Origin: an uncultured bacterium
GTDB lineage: Bacteria > UBP14 > UBA6098 > B30-G16
Assembly: GCA_965552135.1 (NCBI GenBank)
Contig: CBEVQY010000026.1
Span: 1-43,463, forward strand
Length of the DNA: 43,463 nt
Direction of reading: 5' to 3'
Shown here: positions 1 through 9,802 of the stretch, piece after piece
How positions within the stretch are numbered: the stretch's first letter is position 1
Layout of the letters: every line of letters starts with the position of its first letter
The notes under the pieces: generated by a model
The model's database searches: none
Told to the model about the DNA's origin: nothing
The model's input: only the letters and a program-made list of their open reading frames with translations
Translations under genes and position numbers: made by a program

Positions 1-1398
1 ATCGAGGTCGTCGAGTCGCTCAGGACGATGGGGCTGAGGGTGATCCCCTACTCCAACACAAGGCTGTGGGATATATCGATAGGCGACGACGCCTTAGGCA
101 CATGCAGCGCCAGCATGGCGAAAAATCCAGCAGATAGTGCATATATATCAACAAGATATAACGCCTATGTAATGGATCCTTCGTCGCCGCTTTGGCAGGA
201 GAAATATCGTCGCGCAGTCAGCTGGCTGCGCGATACGCTGGGAGCAACCGATATATATTGCGATAACTTCCCGTCGCACAAGCTTTGTTACCGCAGCGAT
301 CATTCGCATCCCAAGGGCGGCGGGCACTGGTGGGTGGATGGACTGCGGCAGATCTTCCGTGGCGTGCGCTCGGATTGGGAGGAGGTGACGACCGACTTTA
401 TTATGGTGCAGGAGGCGCGACTGGAGCTCTGGCTCGATCTTATGGATGCCCTGCCCACGCCGTACTGGCAATCTACAGGCGATGTTGGAGTTTATGCGAT
501 AAGCGGCAATATGGCGCGCCCCATACCGCTTTTCAGAGCTGTCTACGGCGACTACGTGGCGTGCATCGGATACGAATACCTCGACTGGAGCGAGGCGGGA
601 GGGAGGTTCTTCCGCTTTCACCATGCGTTCAACTTCGTCAACGGTTCCCTTCCCGCGATGCGTGACTTCGGCTTCCCACTTGCGGGCGGGATGCACCCAC
701 CCGAGGAGTACTCCGACAGGCGCTTTGTGGCGATGACGGCGAAGTTGCGAAGGATGTTCGCCGATTACCTGCTCCTCGGCCGGTGGATGAGACCTCCCGT
801 CGTCGTGTGCGATAGCGTAATGGTCGAGATGCCCGAGGACACCGTTTTTGTTCCCGCGATCCTCGCCGCAGCCTATCGGAAGGGCGACAGCCTCGCCTTC
901 GTCATCGCGAACCACACCGATGAGGCGCAGAGCTTCACGCTGTCGGCAGACATCGATTGCTACGGCATCGGCGGAGCGGATCTGCACGTTGTGTGGAACA
1001 CCGAAAGCACAACGACCGATTTGGGCAGCATCGCCGGAACTTCGCTCTCGCTCGACTCCCTCCTGCCCGAAAGAAGCGCAGTTGTGATCGAGGTTATGGA
1101 TACATCCCTGTTTTCCATAGGCGATGTCGAAGGCGTTCCCGCTGCCCTTTCCGTCTCCGTGTATCCTAACCCGTTCAATTCGTCATGCGCGATTGTCCTT
1201 CCAGGCGAAGCGGAGTTTTTTATATACGATGTTCGTGGGGATATAGTTTTTGCTTCTTGTCCGTTGGGGGAGTGGTGCAGCGGCGCGCCCCGAACCGTCG
1301 TCTGGAAGCCTGAAGAGCGAGTGCCGTCGGGGCTCTATCTGATTCGTGCAAGCATGAAGGGCAAAGCATCTGTGAAGAAGGTCATATATTTAAAGTAG
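1..1398 (+). CDS. 5'-truncated putative glycoside hydrolase (DUF6259-like) with C-terminal T9SS/FlgD-like sorting domain
   Basis: Frame is open from base 1 (IEVVESLRTM...). Motifs IYCD, CYRSDHSHPKGGG and IPLFRAVY resemble DUF6259. C-terminus YPNPFNSS...IYDVRG...PSGLYLIR...KKVIYLK is a typical sorting domain. Confidence 0.7.
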   Translation: MEVVESLRTMGLRVIPYSNTRLWDISIGDDALGTCSASMAKNPADSAYISTRYNAYVMDPSSPLWQEKYRRAVSWLRDTLGATDIYCDNFPSHKLCYRSDHSHPKGGGHWWVDGLRQIFRGVRSDWEEVTTDFIMVQEARLELWLDLMDALPTPYWQSTGDVGVYAISGNMARPIPLFRAVYGDYVACIGYEYLDWSEAGGRFFRFHHAFNFVNGSLPAMRDFGFPLAGGMHPPEEYSDRRFVAMTAKLRRMFADYLLLGRWMRPPVVVCDSVMVEMPEDTVFVPAILAAAYRKGDSLAFVIANHTDEAQSFTLSADIDCYGIGGADLHVVWNTESTTTDLGSIAGTSLSLDSLLPERSAVVIEVMDTSLFSIGDVEGVPAALSVSVYPNPFNSSCAIVLPGEAEFFIYDVRGDIVFASCPLGEWCSGAPRTVVWKPEERVPSGLYLIRASMKGKASVKKVIYLK

Positions 1399-1438
1399 CG
1401 ATTCGGAAGCGGCGTGTTCCCGGGACGTGGGGGGAGCT

Positions 1439-3259
1439 ATGCGCAGGCTTTTTGTGATCCTTTTTGCCTTTGGGTTGTGTGCAGCCGAGGCACCTCGGGG
1501 GTATCCGCGGATCGCTCAGTTCTTCTATCAACGCTCTCCGTCGAGCATCGATTCCCTCGAGCTACTTGCCCGATACGACCTGCTTGTGGTCTCGGAGTAC
1601 TTCGACTCAGGCGCCATCAAGCAGGTTCTGTCGATAAACCCCGATATCGCGATCGTTCTCTACCGGCACTACATGGGGACGAAGGTCGACTACATAAGCT
1701 GGGGTTCGCCGCCCGACTGGAGCTGGTTCCTCTACACGGCGCCGGCGACGTTGGTCGATTCGGTTGGTGAGGATACCCCGTTCTTCCGGGTCGACAACCC
1801 GTCCTACTTCCGCGACCCCGACGACTGGTACGGGGATCTGCCCTATCAGCTCGTCTACCAGTACGTTCGCATCGACAGCGAGATCGCCCGGATCGACAGC
1901 GTTCGCGGGGATACTTTGTTCGTTGCGCGGTCTCCGGGATGGCGCTTCCCACACGCAGCTGGTTCACAGGTGCGAGGGATCGACTCGCCCTGGAACGGGC
2001 TTCTGCAGATGAACTTCACGCTACAGTGCCCCCTCGGTATCGACTCGTGCCGCTGGTGCGATTGGGTGATCCGCAAAAGCATGGCAAAGCTTTTGAAGAG
2101 GATCTCGGGCGGAAGGTGGATGTACGCGGGTCTTTACTACGATCAGTGGAACAGGGTCATATCGGACCGCGCCGCGCTCGTCGGAAACTCGTTCGACTTC
2201 GATATGGACGGATTCCCGGACTACGGCGGCGACTCCGCCTCGGTGGATTCGGCGTGGTACGAGGGAATACGCTGGACGGTCGACTCCCTGAGGAGGGCTA
2301 TAAATTCCTCCGAGGACCCGGACAGATACCTCATCTGCAACAGCGAAAGCGGGCTTGCCGATTATTTCAACGGGCGCCAGTTCGAGGCTTTCCCGCACCA
2401 GCAGACGGGTGGAATGCACTCAACAGGCGGATTTAGGGATAACTTCAGGTTGTTTATGGAGTGGAGCGACAGCCTTGGCGACGACTCCGAGCCGCGCCCT
2501 ATGCCGAGGATGAACATAATAAGACCTCGCTGCGCCATCGACGATACGGCTTATATCCGCTTTGCGCTTGCGTGCTGTCTTATGGGCGACGGCTACATAT
2601 CGCGCGGTGAGCCAACGGGGTTCGTCCCCGCCTCCGAGATAGCGTGGTACGACGAGTACTCCGTCGACACGCTTACCGGATGCGCCGACACAACGGGCGC
2701 GCACAAGCACTGGCTCGGGATGCCCGTTGAACCCCCTCAGCCGCTACGCCCGGACTCCACGGTGTGGCTAAGGCGGTTCGAGAGGGGGATCGCCGTTATG
2801 GCGTGGATACCAGAGGAGAGCACAGGCGTCACGGTCGAGCTTGGAAGGGAGTATATGCACATAAAAAGGGTTCTCTATCCCACCCCGCTCGATAGCACCG
2901 TTGTGACTCAGGTGACCCTTGGTCACAGGGTAGGTCAGGTTGGTCGTGGGGTGGTTCTTATGATTCCGCCTGGGTCGCCACACAACGTCGTCGAGGGCGC
3001 CCTGGACGGGTCGAGCGAGCCTGTGGTTGAGGTGCGTCCAAATCCCTTCAACTCCTCCTGCGCGATCACCGTGCCCCCGGGGGCAGAGGTGAAGATATAC
3101 GACCTGCGGGGGAGGGTGGTGGCCGCCCCCTCCGGCGCTGGCGAAAGCCCGAAAGTCGTGTGGACGCCCACAGAAGACATCCCGCCCGGCGTTTATCTTG
3201 TCCGCGCAATCTGTGGCGGCGGGAAGGCGGTGTTGAAGAAGGTGGTGTACGTCCGTTAG
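1439..3259 (+). CDS. Secreted putative glycoside hydrolase (GHL15-like) with C-terminal T9SS-like sorting domain
   Basis: GGGAG upstream of ATG 1439. Signal peptide MRRLFVILFAFGLCAAE. Motifs GLYYD, WYDEY, WLGMP and VWLRRFERG. C-terminal PNPFNSS...IYDLRG...PPGVYLVR...KKVVYVR. Confidence 0.7.
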   Translation: MRRLFVILFAFGLCAAEAPRGYPRIAQFFYQRSPSSIDSLELLARYDLLVVSEYFDSGAIKQVLSINPDIAIVLYRHYMGTKVDYISWGSPPDWSWFLYTAPATLVDSVGEDTPFFRVDNPSYFRDPDDWYGDLPYQLVYQYVRIDSEIARIDSVRGDTLFVARSPGWRFPHAAGSQVRGIDSPWNGLLQMNFTLQCPLGIDSCRWCDWVIRKSMAKLLKRISGGRWMYAGLYYDQWNRVISDRAALVGNSFDFDMDGFPDYGGDSASVDSAWYEGIRWTVDSLRRAINSSEDPDRYLICNSESGLADYFNGRQFEAFPHQQTGGMHSTGGFRDNFRLFMEWSDSLGDDSEPRPMPRMNIIRPRCAIDDTAYIRFALACCLMGDGYISRGEPTGFVPASEIAWYDEYSVDTLTGCADTTGAHKHWLGMPVEPPQPLRPDSTVWLRRFERGIAVMAWIPEESTGVTVELGREYMHIKRVLYPTPLDSTVVTQVTLGHRVGQVGRGVVLMIPPGSPHNVVEGALDGSSEPVVEVRPNPFNSSCAITVPPGAEVKIYDLRGRVVAAPSGAGESPKVVWTPTEDIPPGVYLVRAICGGGKAVLKKVVYVR

Positions 3260-3322
3260 GCGTAGCGCGGCTTTTGGCTTTGGCGGTGTCCGCCAGGCAG
3301 CTATCTTGGCGCGCCTTACCCC

Positions 3323-3351
3323 TTGACATATCCTTTTGCGCTGGCTATCTT
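3323..3351 (+). promoter_or_regulatory. Sigma70-type promoter of the accC operon
   Basis: TTGACA (3323-3328), 17-nt spacer, TATCTT (3346-3351). Confidence 0.7.
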
Positions 3352-3379
3352 TGGCTGCGCCTTTGCTTCCGAGTGCGGC

Positions 3380-4723
3380 ATGATAAGGAAGGTTCTCATA
3401 GCCAATCGTGGTGAGATAGCGCTTCGCGTAATCCGCGCCTGCATGGAGCTTGGGATAAAGACCGTTGCGGTGTACTCCGAAGCTGATCGCGATAGCCTCC
3501 ATGCCTGGCTCGCCGACGAGGACGTGTGCATCGGCGGTCCCAGACCCGCAGAGTCGTACCTTGACCCGCGAAGGATCATCTCCGCCGCCGTCATAACGAA
3601 TGCTGATGCCATTCACCCCGGCTACGGCTTCCTCGCCGAAAACGCCGATTTCGCGGACATCTGCGAGGAGCACGGGATAACCTTCATCGGTCCCACGCCC
3701 GAGCAGATCCGCGCAATGGGCGACAAGGCGGAGGCGAAGCGTTTGATGCAGGAGGCTGGCGTTCCCACCGTTCCCGGCAGCGACGGCGTCGTCGACGACC
3801 TCGACGAAGCGCGCAAGATCGCCAAGGACATCGGTTATCCCGTGATGATAAAGGCTACTGCGGGCGGCGGCGGCAAGGGCATGCGCATAGCGTACGACGA
3901 GGCTGATCTTGTGAAGAAGTTCGAGATGGCGCGCGCAGAGGCGAAAGCCGCCTTCGGCGACCCGGGCGTGTATATAGAAAAGTTCATCCAAAACCCCAGA
4001 CACATCGAGGTGCAGCTTCTTGGCGACGGCAGGGGGAACGTCGTTCACCTCGGCGAGCGCGACTGCACCATACAGAGGCGGCACCAAAAGCTTGTGGAGG
4101 AGTCCCCGTCCCCTGTTGTGGACGAGGAGCTTCGGCGAAGGCTTGGCGAGGCAGCTGTCAAGGGCGCAAAGAAGATAAACTACCGCGGCGCGGGAACGAT
4201 CGAGTTCCTCGTCGACAGAGACAAAAACTTCTACTTCATGGAGATGAACACGCGCATCCAGGTCGAGCACCCCGTCACCGAGATGGTGACCCACATAGAC
4301 CTGATAAAGGAGCAGATACGCATCGCGATGGGTGAGCCATTGCGCTTCAGGCAAGAGGACATAAGGTTTTTGGGTCACGCGATAGAGGCTCGGATAAACG
4401 CCGAGGATCCTTACAACGATTTTGCGCCCAGCCCCGGCAAGATAACGAGCTTCCACCCTCCCGGCGGGCTTGGCGTGCGAGTCGACACACACGTCTACGC
4501 CGGATACGTCGTTCCGCCGTACTACGACTCGATGCTGGCAAAGCTTATAGTCTGGGGCGAGACGAGGGACGAGGCGATAGCCAGAATGAGGCGTGCGCTG
4601 AGGGAGTTCATCATAGAGGGCGTCAAGACGACGATACCGTTTCACCAGAAGGTTATGGAGGATGCGCGTTTCATCTCGGGCGAGTTCGACACAAGCTTTC
4701 TGGAGGGCTTTAGGATTGAGTGA
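3380..4723 (+). CDS. accC: Biotin carboxylase (acetyl-CoA carboxylase subunit)
   Basis: [68 protein letters not shown]. Confidence 0.96.
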   Translation: MIRKVLIANRGEIALRVIRACMELGIKTVAVYSEADRDSLHAWLADEDVCIGGPRPAESYLDPRRIISAAVITNADAIHPGYGFLAENADFADICEEHGITFIGPTPEQIRAMGDKAEAKRLMQEAGVPTVPGSDGVVDDLDEARKIAKDIGYPVMIKATAGGGGKGMRIAYDEADLVKKFEMARAEAKAAFGDPGVYIEKFIQNPRHIEVQLLGDGRGNVVHLGERDCTIQRRHQKLVEESPSPVVDEELRRRLGEAAVKGAKKINYRGAGTIEFLVDRDKNFYFMEMNTRIQVEHPVTEMVTHIDLIKEQIRIAMGEPLRFRQEDIRFLGHAIEARINAEDPYNDFAPSPGKITSFHPPGGLGVRVDTHVYAGYVVPPYYDSMLAKLIVWGETRDEAIARMRRALREFIIEGVKTTIPFHQKVMEDARFISGEFDTSFLEGFRIE

Positions 4724-4727
4724 CGCG

Positions 4728-5141
4728 ATGGCTTCAGACGCAGGGCTTGAGGATCTTGTGTTGGCTGCACTTGGAGCGCGCGATGGCGCTTACGCTCCCT
4801 ATTCGGGCTTTCGCGTGGGCGCCGCCGTTCTGACCGAGGGAGGGGATATCTTCGTCGGCGCCAACGTCGAGAACGCATCGTATGGGCTCACCGTCTGCGC
4901 GGAGCGCGTAGCGATATTCTCCGCCATATCGTCCGGAGCAAGGAGGCTTTCTGCGCTTGCCGTCGCGTCGGAGGGTGGAGTTTTTCCGTGCGGGGCGTGC
5001 CTGCAGGTTTTCGCCGAGTTCGCCTCGCCCGACGCCGTTGTCGTCGCAGTCGACGCAAAATCGAAGCTTGCCCAAAAGGCAAAGCTTGGCGAGCTTCTGC
5101 CAAAGGCGTTTAGGTTGACCTATGGCAATGGAAGTTCGTAG
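4728..5141 (+). CDS. cdd: Cytidine deaminase (homotetrameric type)
   Basis: AYAPYSGFRVGAA, GANVENASYGLTVCAER and PCGAC zinc ligands. Confidence 0.93.
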   Translation: MASDAGLEDLVLAALGARDGAYAPYSGFRVGAAVLTEGGDIFVGANVENASYGLTVCAERVAIFSAISSGARRLSALAVASEGGVFPCGACLQVFAEFASPDAVVVAVDAKSKLAQKAKLGELLPKAFRLTYGNGSS

Positions 5142-6240
5142 AATCGCTATAGATGCCCGTCTTCTGGGCGCATCGGGCATAGGGACGTACATAAGAAACC
5201 TTCTGCGCGAGTTCCGTCGCATAGAGCACAGGCTTTGGTTCACCCTGATAGGCGACGGTGAGGGGCTCCAGGGGCTTGTTGGCAGCGCCACGAGGTTCGA
5301 GATAGTCGACACGGCGGTGCCGGTCTTTTCGCTGCTGGAGCAGATAAGGCTTCCGTCTCTGGCTCAGGGCTGCGACCTTCTGCACTCGCCCCACCACAAC
5401 GTGCCGGTCCTCTGGCGGGGGAGGCTTGTCGTCACGTTCCACGATGCCCTCCACTGGGACCACCCGGAGCTCGTTCCGGGCTGGCGTGGGAGGGTTTACC
5501 TCAAGCTCGTTTCGCGGAGGATAAGGCGCGCCGATGCGGTTATAGTTCCGTCGAGGTTTACGGCGCAAAGGGTTGTGGAACGCGTTGGTGTGCCCGGGGA
5601 TCGGGTTTTCGTCGTCCCTCAGGGGGTCGACACCCACGTCTTTTCGAGGCGCTCGCAGGATTCGGTGCGCGCGGTTCTCCAGAAGTATGGGCTCAAGCCC
5701 GGCGGATACCTGCTTTATGTGGGCAATATGAAGCCCCACAAGAACGTTGAGCGCCTTGTTGAGGCGTACGTTTGCGCTCGTGGGCTTGGCGTCCGCGCGC
5801 CTTTGGTCCTTGCGGGCAGGGTTAAGGGGCTGCGGCAGGCGGTGGACGTCGATGCGCTTGCGCAGAACGACGGCGTGCGCTACATAGGTGAGGTGCCGCT
5901 TGAGGATCTGCCCTACATCTACTCCGGAGCCAGGGCGTTTTTGTTTGTGTCGCTCTACGAGGGTTTTGGGCTTCCGCCGCTTGAGGCGATGGCTTGCGGA
6001 TGCCCCGTGCTGGCATCCAGCGCGGCTTCGCTGCCCGAGGTCGTCGGAGACGCCGCACTGCTCGTAAATCCTGCCGATGTCGACGACATCGCCAAGGGCA
6101 TACACAAAATTGCCCTTGACCTTACCCTCCGCAGAAAGCTTATTACTAAGGGGTTTGAGCGCGTTAGAAGGTTTTCGTGGCAGCGGACGGCAAAGCTTAC
6201 CCTGCAGGTTTACGATAAGGTCTTCGAAAGGAGGGGGTGA
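5122..6240 (+). CDS. GT4 (group 1) glycosyltransferase
   Basis: IAIDAR...SGIGTY, YVGNMKPHKN, SLYEGFGLPPLEAMACG. Confidence 0.92.
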   Translation: MAMEVRRIAIDARLLGASGIGTYIRNLLREFRRIEHRLWFTLIGDGEGLQGLVGSATRFEIVDTAVPVFSLLEQIRLPSLAQGCDLLHSPHHNVPVLWRGRLVVTFHDALHWDHPELVPGWRGRVYLKLVSRRIRRADAVIVPSRFTAQRVVERVGVPGDRVFVVPQGVDTHVFSRRSQDSVRAVLQKYGLKPGGYLLYVGNMKPHKNVERLVEAYVCARGLGVRAPLVLAGRVKGLRQAVDVDALAQNDGVRYIGEVPLEDLPYIYSGARAFLFVSLYEGFGLPPLEAMACGCPVLASSAASLPEVVGDAALLVNPADVDDIAKGIHKIALDLTLRRKLITKGFERVRRFSWQRTAKLTLQVYDKVFERRG

Positions 6241-7223
6241 TGAGGCGTTGTTTTGCTTTTGTGGCGTTGTTCTGCGCCATCGTGGGCTTTGCCTTTGCTG
6301 ACGAAACTATAACGGGCACCGTAGCCAACAGCACATTCCTCGACTTCGTCGTCCTTGCGCCTGAGGTGTGTGGAGAGAACGTCTTCACCGTTCTTACGTG
6401 CTGCCTGATAGGCGAGTGCGTTTGCGATTTCTCGCTGTCTCCACCTTCGGGATGCTCTTTTTGCGATACCTTCGGCTACTGGGTCACCGTAGTTCACGAC
6501 GACGGCGACACCGTCCACGAGCCCGGCGAGCCCCTTGCACTTTATGGACCGTTCGATGTCGATTCCGCCACGTGCGACTTCGCCATCCCCGAAACGCTTG
6601 TCAAGATCACGGAGGGTGGATTTGAGGGCACAATCTACAACGCCACCGACGCCGACATAGACAGCGTAATGATAAACATCTACCACCATTACATAGGCGG
6701 CAGCGTCGACTCCTACGCGCTTGAGATAACGCTTCCGCCGCAGAACCTCACGCCTTTGGGCGGCGGCGCATATCACTATCAGATGACGGGCATCTCGTCG
6801 GGGGGGAAGCGAGTGGAGTTCTTCAGCGATGCCAACGGCAACGGCATCCTCGACCCTGGCGAACGCGCAACCGTCATCGAAAGAGATATCCCCATAACCG
6901 GAAACCAATACGACGACTCCGTCGACGTCGACCTCACTATGCTTTCGGTGAAGGGATCTCCGCCCAAGCCGCTTGAGGTGGTTCTTTCGGCTTCGCCAAA
7001 CCCCTTCAACAGCTCCGTGAGCATCTTCGTTCGCCGCTTTGTGCGGGGTGAGCGCGTCCTCATCCGTGATCTTTGCGGCAGGGTGGTTCGGCGCATCCCC
7101 GCCGCAACCAAGGTCGTGTGGGACGGGAAGGATCAGTTCGGCAATAGGCTTCCGTCGGGGATGTATATGGTCACGCTGGAGCGCGACAAGGGTGCTTGGG
7201 TGAGGGTATGGCTCATAAGGTGA
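6237..7223 (+). CDS. Secreted Cys-rich hypothetical protein with FlgD-Ig/T9SS-like C-terminal domain
   Basis: Signal peptide ending AFA. Cys cluster near the N-terminus. Ca-binding-like DANGNGILDPGE. C-terminal SPNPFNSS...WDGKD...LPSGMY. GTGA overlap with the upstream gene. Confidence 0.72.
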   Translation: MMRRCFAFVALFCAIVGFAFADETITGTVANSTFLDFVVLAPEVCGENVFTVLTCCLIGECVCDFSLSPPSGCSFCDTFGYWVTVVHDDGDTVHEPGEPLALYGPFDVDSATCDFAIPETLVKITEGGFEGTIYNATDADIDSVMINIYHHYIGGSVDSYALEITLPPQNLTPLGGGAYHYQMTGISSGGKRVEFFSDANGNGILDPGERATVIERDIPITGNQYDDSVDVDLTMLSVKGSPPKPLEVVLSASPNPFNSSVSIFVRRFVRGERVLIRDLCGRVVRRIPAATKVVWDGKDQFGNRLPSGMYMVTLERDKGAWVRVWLIR

Positions 7224-8203
7224 GGCATATTTTGTGGCTTTTTGCCCTTTTTCTTTTCTGCGGCTGTGCTTCGCGTCCTTCGGGCGAGTCTCCTGCGGCG
7301 CCCTTCGTGCGCCAGGGGTATAAGTGCCTCGAGGAGGGGAACTACGCCGAGGCAGTGAAGCTTTTTCGCAAGGGCGTTGGGTTTGATCCGATGTTTGCGC
7401 AGGCGTACCGGGGGCTTGGGCTGGCTTACATGCACACAGGAGACCTCTACCGCGCCGAGATATTCATGCGCAAGGCGCTGCAGATCGACAGCCACCTTTC
7501 TGATCTTTGGGGCTATTTGGGCGAGATATATCTTAGCCGCGGCGATGTTGAGCGCGCCGTCGACTTCTTCGAAAGGTGTCCGCCGGAGGATCCCCACTAC
7601 GCGCAGCTGCACTTCACGCTCGGCAGGATGAGGCTTGAGGCGGGCGATACTGCCGGCGCCGACGAGGAGTTCGACAAGGCGCTCACCCACCCCGACTTCT
7701 GGGGTGGGTACTGGGGCAAGGGGATGCTTGCGCAGCTTTCCGGCAGGTGGAACGACGCCTTGAACTGGTATCGCGAGGCGCACAGGCGCGCCCAAAAGCC
7801 CGAGGTGCTGCTCGGACTCGCCGACGCATACTTCGCCCTCGATCACGACGCCCCGGCGTTCTTCTACTACACCCTTTTCCTCGGTACAAACCCGGATGGC
7901 GACGACCACGTCCGCGTGCGGGAGCGCCTCGCAGAGCTTGAAGCTCGCCTCTCCATCGAGGCGGATTCGGCTCAGCACAGGCTCGAGTTCTCTGTGCCCC
8001 AAAACTGCGACGTTCTCGCGGGCGTTTGCGCCAAGGACGGAAAGATCGTAAAGGAGCTTTTCCGGGGCACGCTGACGAAGGGCAACTACAGCCTCGACTG
8101 GGACGGCAGCGACCAGAACGGCAAAAAGGTCGAAAGCGGAGAGTATATAGGTTTTATCGTTGTGGGCGATAGGCTAAAGCTCAGGAAGTTCGTGGTGCCT
8201 TAA
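7220..8203 (+). CDS. TPR lipoprotein with C-terminal FlgD-Ig-like domain
   Basis: GTGA-coupled start (alternative ATG at 7208). Lipobox-like LFCGC. Multiple TPR helices. C-terminal WDGSDQNGKKVESGEY. Confidence 0.75.
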   Translation: MRHILWLFALFLFCGCASRPSGESPAAPFVRQGYKCLEEGNYAEAVKLFRKGVGFDPMFAQAYRGLGLAYMHTGDLYRAEIFMRKALQIDSHLSDLWGYLGEIYLSRGDVERAVDFFERCPPEDPHYAQLHFTLGRMRLEAGDTAGADEEFDKALTHPDFWGGYWGKGMLAQLSGRWNDALNWYREAHRRAQKPEVLLGLADAYFALDHDAPAFFYYTLFLGTNPDGDDHVRVRERLAELEARLSIEADSAQHRLEFSVPQNCDVLAGVCAKDGKIVKELFRGTLTKGNYSLDWDGSDQNGKKVESGEYIGFIVVGDRLKLRKFVVP

Positions 8204-8204
8204 G

Positions 8205-9314
8205 ATGCGTGTTCCCGCCTTTGACCTGACGCGCCAGTATTCCGGGCTTTCCTCGGAGCTTGAGGACGCTGTTTTGAGCGTTCTGCGGAGCGGTCGCTAC
8301 GTTTTGGGACCCGTTGTGGAGGAGTTCGAGGCGGCTTTTGCGCGCTACTGCGGCGTCGAGCACTGTGTTGGCGTTGCATCGGGAACGGACGCACTCGTCA
8401 TATCCCTCCGGGCTGTCGGCGTGGGACCCGGCGATGAGGTCATCGTGCCGGCGTTCACCTTCTTCGCCACCGCCGAGGCTGTTGCCAACGTCGGCGCCAC
8501 GCCCGTCTTCGCCGACGTCGACCCCGAAACGATGTGCATCACCGCGGATGAGGTCGAAAGGCGTCTGTCGCCCAAAACGAAGGCGGTGGTGCCCGTTCAC
8601 CTCTTCGGTCACCCGGCGCCCGTGGATGAGATAGGGGATGTTATCTCCGGCCGTGGCGTTGCGCTCGTTGAGGATGCGGCTCAGGCTGCGGGAAGCAGCC
8701 TGAGCGGTAGGCGGGCTGGGTCCTTCGGCGTTGCGGCGGCGTTCAGCTTCTATCCCACGAAAAACCTTGGCGCCGCAGGCGACGGAGGCGCAATAACAAC
8801 CCAAAGCGACGACGTCGCGAGGCTGGCGAGGATGCTCCGCTGCCACGGAGAGGCGGAGCGCTACAGAAACGAGATGCTCGGCTACAACTCCCGCCTCGAT
8901 GCGCTGCAGGCGGCGGTTTTGCTGGTTAAGCTCCGCCACCTCGACGAGTTCAACCGAAGGCGCCGCGAAAACGCAAGCCTGTACAAAAGGCTCCTCGCCG
9001 ACGTGGAGCAGATCAGTCTGCCTTTGGAGGCTGAGGGGGCGTTCCATACATACCATCAGTTCACCATCCGGGTTCTCGACGGCAGGCGCGACGAGCTTGC
9101 CGAATACCTCCGCCGGCGCGGCGTGGGAACCGCGATCTACTATCCCGTCCCGCTGCACAGGCTCCCGCCGTTCCAAAGCCTCTGCGGAACCTGCGACCTG
9201 CCCAACGCAGACATGCTTGCCCGGCAGGTCCTGTCGCTCCCCATCTTCCCCGAGCTTGAGCCCGAAGAGATCGAGTACGTTGCCCTGGCGATAAGGGATT
9301 TCTTTGGGCTTTGA
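8205..9314 (+). CDS. DegT/DnrJ/EryC1/StrS family sugar aminotransferase
   Basis: SGTDAL, FTFFAT, VHLFG, EDAAQA, FSFYPTKNLG (PLP lysine), GYNSRLD. Confidence 0.94.
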   Translation: MRVPAFDLTRQYSGLSSELEDAVLSVLRSGRYVLGPVVEEFEAAFARYCGVEHCVGVASGTDALVISLRAVGVGPGDEVIVPAFTFFATAEAVANVGATPVFADVDPETMCITADEVERRLSPKTKAVVPVHLFGHPAPVDEIGDVISGRGVALVEDAAQAAGSSLSGRRAGSFGVAAAFSFYPTKNLGAAGDGGAITTQSDDVARLARMLRCHGEAERYRNEMLGYNSRLDALQAAVLLVKLRHLDEFNRRRRENASLYKRLLADVEQISLPLEAEGAFHTYHQFTIRVLDGRRDELAEYLRRRGVGTAIYYPVPLHRLPPFQSLCGTCDLPNADMLARQVLSLPIFPELEPEEIEYVALAIRDFFGL

Positions 9315-9381
9315 TTGAAAAATGACTTGCGGGCGGCTTTTGGGGATGTATTTATTTATCGATAAGTGTTTTGAGACGCGT

Positions 9382-9754
9382 GCGAGGAGGGAGATGAGGG
9401 ATTCGCCCCAAATGGGGAGGAAAGTCCGGGCTCCCACGGGCTGGCGCACCTCGTAACGCGAGGGCCCCGAAAGGGGACGGAAAGTGCCACAGAAACGATA
9501 CCGCCTGGAGGGGAGTTTTCCCCGAAAGGTAAGGGTGAAAAGGGAGGGGAGTAAGACCCCCTCTGCCTCCGGCGAGAGTCGGGGGCTGGCAAACCCTGCG
9601 CGGGAGCAAGGTCAAACAGGAGGGAGGAGCAGCCCTCTCCGCTTGACCTCCGGGTGGACCGCGCAGAACCCCAGGGCGACCTGTGGGTCAAGATAAATGA
9701 ATCCCGCCCCGCGGCGCGGGGAACAGAACCCGGCTTACGGTCTCCCTCCCTCGC
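9382..9754 (+). ncRNA. rnpB: RNase P RNA (type A)
   Basis: Universal GAGGAAAGTCCGGGC near 9417 and ACAGAACCCGGCTTA near 9723 (P4 helix). Internal AGTGCCACAGAAA and GAGCAAG motifs. Complementary ends form P1. Confidence 0.95.
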
Positions 9755-9802
9755 CGCGTCTCAGCCAACATCGAACACAAGCTCATTCGGAGGTCGAGAT
9801 AG

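Noticed and set aside
2768..4645. 625-aa minus-strand ORF
   Set aside because: Antisense shadow of accC and the upstream gene, expected from GC-rich codon bias. No motifs.
9352..9696. Short ORFs between the aminotransferase and recJ
   Set aside because: They overlap the RNase P RNA gene.
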